Position numbers and translations under genes: made by a program. From Dirinaria sp. TL-2023a (Eukaryota), in contig JAVEBF010000033.1 in assembly GCA_051941275.1 (NCBI GenBank), positions 1 to 43,209 of the forward strand: 43,209 bases of DNA. Reading direction: 5' to 3'. Of the stretch, positions 24,655 to 36,445 are shown one piece after another; the stretch's first letter is position 1; every line of letters starts with the position of its first letter. Under the pieces are notes generated by a model that made no database searches, was not told the DNA's origin, and was given only the letters and a program-made list of their open reading frames with translations.

Positions 24655-25940
24655 ATGGCTTCTAAATCTTTGTTCAAGCGGTACAAGATTGTGTTTGCTT
24701 CAACATCAGGACATCAAGGCGGAGGCCGGGGCAAGGGCTCTATCATGATCTATAAACAGACAAAGTAAGTATTCAGACAGCATTGGCTGCGAGTGGGCTC
24801 GATAGATTCTTTAGCCTGCATCATTACCCTAAGACTGAGTCTAGCATGGCCTCCAACAAACCCGAACCTGTTATGGCCTCTAATAATCCCAACTCTAGCA
24901 TTGCCTTCAATAGGCCCAACTCTCGTACGGCGTCTGATGAGTCTGACCTTATTCGGCGCTTCCTTGGACCCTACTACGACGAGACCGAGCTTGAAGCCCT
25001 AGGCAACATGTCCTTTGAAGAACTCAAGGCGCAAGTTACGACCGACTCTGGCATGGGCCCCTTAGAATCCTATGCTAGCATGGCTTTCGATACATCGAAC
25101 ACTGGCATGATCTCCGATCAGCCGGAATCTAGTACCCGCGCTAATAATCCCAACTCTGGCATCGCCTCCAATAAACCCGATTCTGATACGGCCTCTAACA
25201 AGTCTGACCCTGTTTCGCGCTTTTTTAGATCCCTCCATAGGGTGAGTCCCAAGACACCCGACGACGACGACGAGGCCAGGCTTGAATCTGGAGCCGAATT
25301 TGAATTTGCACCTATTGATGTTGACTCTAGCATCGCCTTCGATGAGCTCAATATCAACAATATCAACAAAGCCCTTGCTGGGTTCGGCCAGGGCATGGTT
25401 GCAAATCACTCCGGCTCTAGCATGGCCTTCGATAAAACAAACCCTAGCGCTGCCTCTGATGGGTCTGACCATAGAATAGCCGCCTCCAATGAACCCGACT
25501 TCAGCATGGGCTTCGATGAAATCCAAACTAGCATGGACTCCGATGAATCTGACTCCAGCTGCGACTTGGTTGAAGCCGACTTTCGCACGGAAACAAGAAT
25601 GATACCTTGTATTGCCAGAGTTAGATGGAAGGGATTGGGACGCGAGTTGGACATGCGGTTCGCCGTTGACTACAAGCCGATGGGTGGACGCTTCAGCGAC
25701 TTCGTCTACCAACGTGACTCTCCGGTTGCAGAGAAAGGTCGCGTGTACATCGATCCGGCCATGAGAATCTGTGGGGAGGACAGATGGGGAAATCCGATGC
25801 TCAAGGCCATGGGATTCATCCATGATTTGCCAAGCATCGATGGTTTCCCAGTGTGCGCCCAGCTCTACGCCAAGGAGGTGGTGTGTGGAAAAGTTGGTTT
25901 GAACGAGGACGAAATTCGTCAATTGAGATCCAATAGATGA
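24655..25940 (+). CDS. Orphan protein with 9-aa Ser/Asn/Asp-rich tandem repeats and a globular-looking C-terminal region
   Basis: Proposed exon 1 24655-24764 (ATCATGG context; MASKSLFKRYKIVF..KQT). GTAAGT donor at 24765 with in-frame acceptors at 24814 or 24844, then a long ORF to TGA 25940. Confidence 0.6.
24840..25553 (+). repeat. Degenerate 27-nt coding minisatellite in three blocks
   Basis: Units such as TCTAGCATGGCCTCCAACAAACCCGAA, TCTAGCATTGCCTTCAATAGGCCCAAC and TCTGGCATCGCCTCCAATAAACCCGAT. Blocks at 24840-24947, 25074-25208 and 25416-25553. Confidence 0.8.
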
Positions 25941-26963
25941 GAGCCATAATACGCTGTAGGGGAAGCTGGACTATGGAGCTTGGAGGGACACCGGCCCCGA
26001 TATCGAACTTCTGCGGGCGAGGCAAAGATATGTCACGAGGAATTAGCTTTGAGCCAGTCCCAACCTCTGCTGGGAAACTTTTCATAGGATGTAGCGGAAC
26101 GAGAGAGCAATTGACAAGGTCATTCTTCGCATTACGACCAAGGTACCTTCCAGTCACGTGCAGCTATTCAAGTAATCAAGTAATGCCATGCTCCGAAATG
26201 ATAAAGCCAGAAAAATGCCAATGCCTTGGCGAGAATGGATACTAATATCCCTTGGCTGGCCTGTGGATGTATTAATTCATGATCAAAATGGCTTTCACTC
26301 AGCGCTACTACTATGACCAGTACAGCTCTAATGATTGGTCGAATTGACCATTGCTCTTTGTTGATGTACTGATCCATCTTCTTTTTAGCAATGCGTCGGT
26401 ATTTTGAGGCATTCTTGCGCTTGTTATCAGCACCTCGCCCGAGCATGGGATCGATCATGATTTTGCCGTGGGATGGCATGAATTCTTAAGGATGGAAGTT
26501 GGAGGATTGTTCCGGGTGGAGCAGACACCACTTTCCTACCAACAACAATAATGATTTATCGATTCGAGATTGCTAGGACCCAGATCTTGCAATAATCATA
26601 TGTGTACCTAGTAGTAATAGTGACTTTTTCATTTAAAGTAGGTATTCCGTTCTCAGGTAATCGTACATTTCGACTACTGGACAACCGGGTTTCAGTAAAT
26701 TCAATTCGGTGACGAATTCCCGATTCGGTTTAGAGGAATTTTGGATCAGCAACCACGTCATAGTCATCGGTGTATTCTGACCTTGCATGTACCTAGTAAG
26801 CAGTCGTGCTTTTGGCAGTTCGCTATATGTCCCGATCTCATCATGCAATACGAGTATGCAGCAAGCAATCGCCCCGTCTCGGAGACTATCTGCTCGACAT
26901 GAACCATCTTCGCAATGGACCCTTGCTCCCAGATTTTAGTAAGCCTGCTTCATTCAACTCACT

Positions 26964-29900
26964 ATGGCTTCTACAAGCCAACGGGCTTCCGGCTTAACCC
27001 CAGAAGTAACCGCGAAAGCTGCCTTGACGCCTGAACCGCACACCATCTTGTCTTCGACTTTGCAACACTTCAAAAACTCTTCATTTGGGGTGGTCTCCCT
27101 CTTCGACCCTATGGCTATCCCCTGGTATGTCAGCTGCAGCTGAATTCCTTACCCTGCCCCACGTCCTAACGTCCGATTCGTTCTCTCTTCGACTACGCTT
27201 GGGAACCCGTTTCCTCGCTCAGCGTCATGTCCCTACGGTCATTGCTGACCACTATCTCCGTCGTAGGATGCTAAGCCGCGCCGGAGTCTTCGCGTTCTTT
27301 ACTGTTCCCGAACGAATTGACAGCCTCCTCGGCTTGCAAAATAGCGGAAGTGCCATCGCTGAAGCGACGGGAAATAAGTCTCATAACCTATCGTCTCCGG
27401 CAGCGTCGGTAATGAATACAGCGGAGGGTACTGTCCGGGCTTCAGCAGGACAAGCAGCCGCTACCGATGCGGCGGAAGGGGGCTTCTTCAGCTACGTCGT
27501 CTTCCAACATCTCAGGAGCTTCGGCGGCATCTTCAATTACCTGTTAAGCAAATGGGCTTTTGCTTGCTTGATATTGGTAAGAGCCTGTCTAAGTACATAA
27601 TCGATATATCGATGCTCATTTGGGACAGGCTATCGTGCTCAACCGAACCAAAGCTTACGCCTCCGGTCGACGTCGTATCTATCTCACGTGGCCTCTCCGT
27701 CTTGCCCTCCGCCTACTTCCCATCCTGATGCTAGCTGCGCATTCGCTATCTCTAGCGCAGGCCATCCACTGCCAAGCTTCTCCTTATCGTTCCTCGGCTC
27801 CGAACACAGTCCTCTACAAATTCAGTTCGGCGCTTCTGTTTTGGCAAGATCACGAGCAGTCTTGCCTTGCAGTGAATATGATCCAACCTGGTCAAGACAC
27901 AGCGCCGCGGACAGGATCCTTGTCCCTCCTCTGGCCATTTTTTCAATCGCTCTGTATTAGCCAATTCGTGGAGACACTCTCGTTTGCCGTGCAGGGAATA
28001 AGCCCAGTAACGGAGACGGGGATGTCCGTGTTTGAGCATTCTCTTGCCTTCGCCGAAGCAGAAGGTGTGGTAATGAAGCAACATGGAGCAACCCCCTGGG
28101 GTTCGCCTAAGAGGCCAACGCAGAATACTACCAGTGGACTTGCTGGTAACGCTACAGCCGTTGACTTTGAGACTTTGGGTTTATTGTACGACCGAATAAA
28201 CACCCCGTCCGAGGTTTTACTAATGGCGTTGATTTCGTCCTTCAATAGCCTGAGCACCCATATACTGGCGGTGCTGGGGATGAAAGGAAGGTTTCGGCTG
28301 TTGAATACCGGCATTTGGGGGCTCTGTTTCATGGGCTCCTTACTTTGGGGACTTCTCAGCTTGACGCCGGAAGCAGGTATCGATGCGATGATATTACGTT
28401 TTCCCACCGTCTGCATCGTTGGCTTCACCCCGCATCTAATTCTGCTCATCGGGATCACGCTTTGTGCTTGCATCTACCTGTTAGCTCTTATGCTTGCCGT
28501 TCTTTCGCCTCCGGAAGGACTCCATCGTCCCCAATCATGGAGGGAGCGCTTTCAAATAGCCCGCGATAACCTCCAAGTGAACACACAGATCCAAAACTTC
28601 CAGCTTCGGGCCCAAGATGATTTCTATTCCGCACTTCTCAAACTTGGGTTTGCGGCCCTTACAGTTGCAACCGAAGCCGTGTTCCTGAACGAGGGCAAGA
28701 AAATAGGCGTGGCCAGATGGACTTGGCTCGAGGAAGATCGACTGAAAGAGCTTGAAAGCTACGGGCAACCGATCGGCAGTATGTTTGGTGATGCTGTCAC
28801 GGAGGGAGTGAGTGTCACGGAAGAGCTATCGGCTCAACCGCACGAAATACAAAGGTCCTGGAAGAGCGGCTATTCTAGGGAGAGGACCACGAAGATCCTC
28901 AAGTCAAAGTCCGAAAGAACAGATCCTCGTGCTGGCGCTGACGGAGTCGGCATGGTTCAACGTGGCGGCCGTTATCTCATGGCATGGGAGTTTTTCTACG
29001 GCATATTCTGGCTGTCGCTACGTTGGTTCTCAATTCTCCTCTCGAAGATCTTAGATATAGCCGGGATTACCTGGAGACCGGGTCCCTTGAGGGCCAAACC
29101 TGCTAAGAATGGGCGCTCTTCGGAAACATCCGGGCCATCGCAACGATCTGGCTCGATCGATTTTTGGCTGCTCTCGGATGACGGCCATCTGTCTCTGCCT
29201 CAGAGTGACGATGTTGATGTGGAGCACGAGACGAAGAAACGCTTGCAGATCGCAGCTGACCGATGGGGCCCGGAAGAAGATCGCCACCTCGACTCGACTC
29301 TGTACGGATGGTGGGCCCACGGAGGTTGGTGGGGTGAACGCGATAATAGTGGGAGCTATCAAGCGCCAGCGGACGAAGAGGACGACGACATGACCAGCGT
29401 GATATCTAGCACTACTACAACTGACCAGAGCGACTGGGAGAGCGATGATTCCGGCGTCCACACGCCTACCCAACGGCATCCTTACTCCCGTCGATCCATC
29501 TCTCCTTCGCCCGATCCTGTCACCGACCACACCATAGACCCAGCCTACCTTGCCCGCCTCCTCAACCCCAAAGACCTCGCCACCCGCCAAGAAGCACGCA
29601 TGTTAGCCACCCACCTCACCAGTAACACCACCATGACCCGATCGCAATACCGCCACGCCGAGACCGTGGACAGATCCCGCCTGCTCACATCCAGCCGCCA
29701 CCGCCCTCCCGGTTTCAGACCCTCTTCTTCTTCCTCTTCTTCTTCCTTGCCCAACAACGGCCGCCTCACACCCGTGGAAGAAGCCGAAGTGCTGGAATAC
29801 CTGATCCTCTCGCGTCGAGCCGCCTCGACGGCGGCGGCGCAATCGGGCGAAACCTGGCGCAACGGCGCCGAGGGCCTGGGAGACGGCGGACCGCAGTGCG

Positions 29901-30058
29901 TCGTGTGCCAAAGCGCGCCGCGGACGATCCTCGCGTGGCCGTGCCGCTGCCTGTGTATCTGCGAAGAGTGCCGCGTCAGCCTGGCCATGAACAATTTCGC
30001 GACGTGCGTCTGTTGCCGGACGGATGTGGTTGGGTTTAGTCGGTTGTTTGTTCCTTGA
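26964..30058 (+). CDS. ASI3: Transmembrane RING ubiquitin ligase of the Asi1/Asi3 type
   Basis: Exons 26964-27124, 27267-27576 and 27629-30058. Several TM segments, ETGMSVFEHSLAFAEAE, RFPTVCIVGFTPH and a C-terminal RING CVVCQ..PCRCLCICEECR..CVCCR. Confidence 0.85.
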
Positions 30059-31305
30059 GCGGGCTTTTCCTGCTGTCTGTGCTTGGTTTTCCTTTTTTTT
30101 TTTTTTTTTTTTTATCTTTATACTGTATGGTTAGAATTATGAATGAAAGAGCGGAGATTTTATTGAATAGAACCTTTTTTCTCCAAGTTATTGAGAGCAT
30201 AGCATATTGGTAGGTAGATGTCCCTTAAGATATTCAGCATTTTTGATTGGATCCTGAATTTTTCCCTTTTCTCCCATAAGAAGCTGGGCTTGTTGTTTGA
30301 ACGGGAGGGAAGGTAATCTTACCTTATCTTATCTGAGGTTGGGACACTCTGTATATATCTATATCTATGCTCATTGTACTCACTGTGTATTCACCGTATG
30401 TAAGGTAGGAAACCGCATCTCCTCCCTCCCTCTTACCCATAACCCCCCTTCCTTCTCAGCCCTAAAATTTATACCATCCTAAGGTAAGTGACACCCCCCC
30501 CTCTCAAAAATATAAAATAAAATCCACCGTAGGTAGTTGATAGATGATAGATGAACGCAAAACAAAGCAAAACAGCCATTTATCAGTCAGCCAAAAAGAA
30601 CAAAAGAAGAATTTCTCGTTCCGTTCAGGTGATTTAATAGATGATGGTGATGGATGATGGATGAGGAGGGTTTCTATATATATCCCATCCATGCCATTCA
30701 TGTATCTAGTCTGTACCTAACTCCAAAAAAAAAAAAAAAAAAAGGTGGGGGAAAGATCAGTATATATGATCGTTTGATGATGGAACGAAAAGAACAGAGA
30801 AGGCGGGAAGGCGGGAGGGTGGATTAGAAATATCTACCTTACCTTCCTCTATTTCCCGTTCGGGGAATTGCAATTGGGGATAATATATCTTACATAAGTT
30901 TACATGTAGAATAAGACTGACTATCATAGGGTAGGATAGGTAGGATAGATAGGATAGAGATGAGATGATATATTCTTTCTTGATCTTTTCATTTTTTCAT
31001 TTTTTCATTTTTTTTTTGCTCAAGGCAAGTTTCACTGATTGAAACCTCCTCTTTTTTTCCCGAGCAAAAAGCAAAGACACGATACATAATTTCTAAGCAT
31101 CCGGATGTATCTCAGATGAAGAGCAGCATATCAGCAACCACTCTAACTGTGAGCAAATAATGTGCACAAAAGCCACCAAAAGACATCCGACCGAACAAGC
31201 GCGAAAAGCATGAAATGGAGCAAATCATCATCATCCTCCGCAATTTTTGAAAAAAAAAAAAAAAGAAACCCAGCTTCTACCTCAAACAACAGAGAGCCTC
31301 ACTGC
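30059..31305. repeat. AT-rich low-complexity spacer between convergent genes
   Basis: Long poly-T near 30093-30113, poly-A near 30725-30743 and 31250-31264, GATAG/GGTAG microsatellite-like runs near 30925-30970 and (TTTTTCA)n near 30985-31015. Confidence 0.75.
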
Positions 31306-32827
31306 TTAGTAGTAGGCCCCATTCTCCTGATACTGTTGTTGTTGTTGTTGTTGTTGTTGGGCCAGCGGATGCGTAAACCGACTTTCTGGCCGCCCTCCTC
31401 CTTGGAGACCTGCGTTCCCCACAGGGCGAGCAGCACCTGCAAACAAGACTCAGTTATGTTTGCTGTTGGGGTGCTAGATCTGTCGTATACAGGAGGAAGG
31501 TTTACGATTGCCTTGCTGCCTGCCAATTTTCATCCCAGCACTCATACCGTATCCGGTGCCGCTTGGCTTGTTTATGCTGTTGCCAGTGATCGCACCGAAG
31601 GGCTGGCGTCGTGATGGCGAACGGTTTTGCGAACTGCTGGGCGTGATGCCATTGGTATGGCGCAAGTCGACTGGCATGACCCGGCCAGTTGCTTGTCCTG
31701 GAGGCCCAAGTCTAGTACGGTGTTGCGATGGTGTCATCATGTTCTGAGCTGCAACGCTAAGGTCAGTATTGGTCCATGTCTAGCTGTTGGGTACAAGAGA
31801 CGAACAGGAACCGAATAGCGGTACTCCTTGGCCAGGGGCCCGAAACCTAGCAGCTGGAGGAGGCATGCCGTCTTTGCCATCGTTTCCGTTGCTGCCGTGA
31901 CGATTATGGCTGTTTCTCTGTTCTGGGGCTCCCAAGTCTCTCGGATATTGAGGCTGCTGGTTTTGGCCTTGGTCTGATGCATCATTTGGATACTGAGGCA
32001 TCCCGGAAGACATATCTTGCGGATGACGATTAACGACGGACCCCAGGACCTCGTCCACCGATTGATAGGCTGCAGATTGTGTGGCAGCGGTCATCTCTTT
32101 GCGTTTGAGACGATCGTAGAGCTCTTGCGTCTGCTGATGTTTGCGGCTCTTCTCTCGGAACGCCGTCACCAGATTTGTATTTTCCGACTTCAGCCTATCT
32201 TGGTCCACTTGCATCGCTAGAACATAGATCAATAACACTGCAACATGAGTAAAGGAAGGAAGGGGGTTAGTAGGTGAGGGGCGGATTTACCACTGAGCTT
32301 TTGATTCAGATTGTCAATCTCAGCGTTGGCATCATTGATAATCTTGTCCATCTGCACGCTGAGATTGCCATACTTGTCCGTCAGGGACCTGGCAAGATAT
32401 TCCTGGTAAATGCTATTCCAGGTCAGTACTGATGTCTTCATATGCTGTTGGGAAGCCTGCATCTCCTGCGTAGACTGGTAGGTCCAGAAGGCTAAACCGC
32501 GACCAGCGCACTCCATGATGATGCTGGGATTTAAGCCGCTGAGCACACTGGTCTTATAGTCCTCGGTCGGATTGAGTTGAGTGGAGACAACATCGTCCGG
32601 GTTTGGCAGGTGAGACTGACAAGCCGGGCACAGGCGATTTACGCCAGCCTGAGCAGTCAAGTTCAGAGACTCGGCACAGGGCAAGCAGAAGATATGGCTG
32701 CACAGGCGGTCGTGAGTATACGAAGGCTTTCAAGATGGTTGGCATCGCACCTGCAAGTGGTTACGACAGCCCTCTCATCCAGTTTAGATCGGCATTTCAA
32801 GGAATTGCATCTCAATGGAAAGTCCAT
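31306..32827 (-). CDS. HEI10: Meiotic crossover E3 ligase HEI10/CCNB1IP1
   Basis: MDFPLRCNSLKCR..AVVTTC|SHIFC..C..CPAC RING, then YKTSVLSGL.P.IIMECAGRGLAFWTYQ and a coiled coil. Introns 32698-32750, 32413-32460 (GC donor), 32217-32290, about 31749-31811 and 31437-31505. The last exon carries CAA-encoded polyQ; the 3' exon structure is less certain. Confidence 0.88.
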
Positions 32828-33388
32828 TGTTGATCCGCGATACTGTTGGAGCTGAGAATTCCCGATAGATCGAAATCCTTGGAGAAGTAAGGCAATATAG
32901 GTGACGATCAGGTAGGTACGAGAGAAATAGAAAAGAAAATGCAGCTACATTCAATCTGGATAGAGGTTGAAGGCTTGGCGGGCATTCATGGCAGGCACGA
33001 CCCAAGCACAACCTGTGTACTGTAGTGTGTAGTGGTCATTGCCCACTGATCAAAGAAGACGAGGTAATGGCACCTCGCACAAACATTTATGGGATGAATC
33101 TCTGTATTTGTAAACCAGACTCACAGAGAGAGAGAGAGAGATCCGTACTTTGATACCAACTACAATGAGAGTTTGATATCTGCTTTTAGGGTCGAGTCAA
33201 GGCTCCTCCCATTCACACAGCAAAGACAACAGACTTCGGAGCCTTCTCTTACCTTATTGGTGCCGAAAGTGATCATTCAACACTGCTGATATAGGATTTG
33301 GTCTAGAGATATCAGGTACCTGGCCTTCCTTTGTATTTTCGCTGGATCAAGAGATCTACACGTACAGGCCGCCGGTTGCTTTTCAGTT

Positions 33389-34702
33389 TTAGCCGAAGAA
33401 AAACGCATTCCCTTCGGCATCTCTCCGCTTGCCTTTGGTGTAATCCTTTCCAGGATCGAATTCTTCCCATACACTGGCTGGAAAAATGTGCTTATTGCGC
33501 TCGTACCATCTTCGGTCTACCACCTTGGTGAAGTTCGGGTCATCACTCCCGCCTTCAAGGCGTACCAGATCGTCTTTGGTCGGAACTCCTGCATTTGCAC
33601 GTTTCCCGGGCGGAGCGGCGACCTTGAGAGGATTATATGTTGCCGCGGGTTCAGGAGATGATGACGTGGAGCGCGAAGCAGTAGTCGAGGATGAGTAGTT
33701 GAACAAGGGCACCGAGGATGGTCCCAGTGTACGGTTGACGATGAAATAGTAGATCTCGTAGTGCTGATGACAGATATTAGCATCTCGACTGCCATTTACT
33801 GTAATGGCCTGCACGGCTCACTCACATGTGGTATAATGACCTCGCCTCGAACAAGCATCAAATCATCTACGCCAATCCTTGCCCATTCTCTCCGACTATT
33901 TGATTTCTCGCCTCCGCCGACCCCTAGCTCGGCTCCGGCTTTGCGGCTACGATCCAGAAAGACCCAAGCATGGTCTCCTTTCTTGATTTTACAGCTTCCA
34001 CCCGGGGTGCTAGTACCATCGTAGAAGACAAATGGAATGATGATTTCCGTAGCTTTGACGACCTCTTGCATAGCAAGAAACTCCTTACGCAACTGCTCCC
34101 GGGTCTGAGCTTCACGCAGCAACGCGGATTTCGTCATCGCTTTCGGCGCCACCAGAACATTAGCGTTGGGACCAAGACGCTTCCTATCCAGGGAATTTTC
34201 TTCGTGCACCTGCGCAGCAGGCGAGGCTGTTCGTGATGAGGGGTCTCCTGGGGTGGTTGATCTCGGTGTAGCTGCTGCGGATGTAACTAACAAGCCTGCA
34301 TCCTCCTCGCCCGCATCCTCGCCTCCAAAGGAGAGCTTCCCATTCGCGACAGCTCTCGTTTTCTTTCGTTTGGGCACCTTCTTGGGCGTGGATCCCCTGC
34401 GCTTTGATCATTAACGTACGTTCTGGGTACCTGCATGATCTACGAGCTTACCCGTCGCTCGTGCTCATGGGAGTGGCAGCACCTCCATCGGATGCAGCGG
34501 TAGTGAATCGGTCAAGCTCTCTTTGCTCGAGCGCCTCAGCGCGTCTTTTGCGGAAGTCGGATAGGTTAACAAGACCGACTGTTTGGGACTTCAGGAGATC
34601 TTCAGTAGTCTCTGCTTGAGATCTGAATCGTGGTCTCTCGTTAGTGTCACCTGGCATTAGTGATCTGGAGGGGTCTGCGGTATCTGGCGTTGAGGGAGAC
34701 AT
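33389..34702 (-). CDS. XAP5: XAP5/FAM50 family nuclear protein
   Basis: Introns 34397-34451 and 33764-33825. Motifs LKSQTVGLVNLSDFRKRR, DDLMLVRGEVIIPH|HYEIY and KVVDRRWYERNKHIFPASVWEEFDP. Confidence 0.93.
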
Positions 34703-35031
34703 TGTTGCAAGAAGCTGGCAACAATTATTAATGTCGAATTGAGTACCTCGTACATTACTGTGTAGGTGCTCCGAACGATTACGTAAGCGAACATATATTC
34801 GCCAAGCCGATTGTCGATAGTTGGAGAGTTTTTGTCTATTCCAAATAGCGACTCTCATATCGATTTGACGGTCGATGCTTTGAAAGAAATTTTGTAAGAA
34901 GTAATTGCATGTTCTATACCGTTGCCAGTAAAAGTCTATCAAGTCTAACTCATCTAGCTAGTAGAGTACAGTAGCTCATCTAAGGTATCTCATCTACTTC
35001 ACTTAGCTCGCCTAGCTTATCAATCTCCCTC

Positions 35032-36010
35032 TTACTGTACCTCGATGCCGTACTTGTCGTGCGGGAAATTGACCAGAGTATATAAGAGCTCGGCCCATCC
35101 ATCACCGATGATGCCAGGCTGCCCCTTTTTCCTCTGCAATTTGCCTGTCTCGTCCGAGATTTCGTCCACTTCGAGCTGGTTGTTGTTTGAGATGTTGGTG
35201 ACGCCCGCCAAAACTTCCGGCTCCCTTCCTCGGTAGATATTGAGCAATTCCGGGTGGGGACACCATATGGCTCTCATGCCCGCCCGCCTCCCAGCCTCAA
35301 CCCCTGGCACGGAATCTTCGAAGACCAGGCACTCTTCCGGAGTGATCTCTTTCTCGCCTTTCTCTCGCAACTCGGCGTTGATTGTCTCCAGAGCAAGCAG
35401 GTAGATGTCAGGCGCGGGTTTACCCCTGCCTTTGGGAATTCGTGGATCATCCCCCAAAATGCGGTTGCGACTTGGAAAATAGGAGAAGACTGATCCGAGA
35501 TGGGTCGTCTTCAACTTGTAGTTGATGGTATGTGACGATGTTGCGAGAGCGATATAGATGCCCGCTGCCTTTAGGTCCGCCAACAGCTCAGGCACGCCGG
35601 GTAGAGGCCGGGCAGAGGGGAAGTTGATACGCTGAAGGGCCGTCTGCTTGACTGTATATTCCGTGCGCGATATCGGAAGCTGCGCCCAAGCATGGAAGAT
35701 TTCACTGGCCTGCAAAGCGTCAATCTCAAAAGCCCATAGTTTAGGTTCGTTTCCTCTTATTAGAGATAGGATGTACCTCTGGTCCAGGGCGACCTTGCAA
35801 TTGCGCCTTGACGTGCCATGGCAGACATGGTCTCCCAAATTGTCGTAAAAGCACATTGTTGCACAGGGTGTAGATATCCTCGGTGTCTATTAGAAGGCCA
35901 TCCATGTCAAACAAGCACGCGCGGACTTTTGGGAAGCTAGCAACGCGGATTAGCTGGGTAGTTAGTTGTAAGGCTTTTTTTCAAACGTACTCCGCCTTTG
36001 GTTGTATCAT
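35032..36010 (-). CDS. HAD-superfamily hydrolase (HDHD1/pseudouridine-5'-phosphatase-like)
   Basis: Exons 36010-35991, 35936-35777 and 35709-35032. Motif I ACLFDMDGLLIDTED, ALATSS, GKPAPDIY and CLVFEDSVPGVEAGRRAGM. Confidence 0.9.
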
Positions 36011-36366
36011 GACGATAGCTCCCTTACTGTACTTGAGTTCTGGCTGCGGGATCGGTCTTGTTCAAAGGCTCGAATAAAGTAGCTTGTGTGAAAGACCAAA
36101 AAGGCGGAAGGTACGACCACTGCCCTCTTCATATAAGATTCATTCAAGCTACTGAGAGCCAGTGAAACCTTTCGCACAGAGCTGCTGCCCCTCATTTGGT
36201 GCATTCTAGCGGTCGAAAAGGAGGGGTGAATCCAGGGAGATGTACATGTAAGATGAAGGAGTCTGCCTCGCGTACGACTTGAGACACACGAAATTTAAGG
36301 CGCGGCTATCGCGTGAATCACATGTCAGAGTAAGTGCAGGTTCCAGCTGCAGCGGCCAAGTCGGAG

Positions 36367-36401
36367 AGCGTCCCAGATCAAGCGTCCCAGATCAAGCGTC
36401 C
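36367..36401. repeat. 14-nt tandem repeat (2.5 copies) in the divergent HAD/TPR promoter
   Basis: AGCGTCCCAGATCA AGCGTCCCAGATCA AGCGTCC. Confidence 0.85.
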
Positions 36402-36445
36402 TCGAGCGGGTTGGAGATATCGCAAACATCATCTGGCATCAAACC

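Noticed and set aside
25062..25922. 286-aa antisense ORF over the repeat gene (and other antisense ORFs over real genes)
   Set aside because: Shadow ORFs explained by the codon bias and repeats of the sense gene.
8725..27266. Longer introns (8725-8856, 10222-10422, 21434-21535, 27125-27266) checked for stwintrons or intronic snoRNAs
   Set aside because: No nested donor reconstruction and no convincing C/D or H/ACA boxes.
17089..32827. Four ubiquitin/NEDD8-pathway genes (pof10, ULA1, ASI3, HEI10) within 16 kb
   Set aside because: They act in unrelated processes and such genes are common; there is no evidence for a functional cluster.
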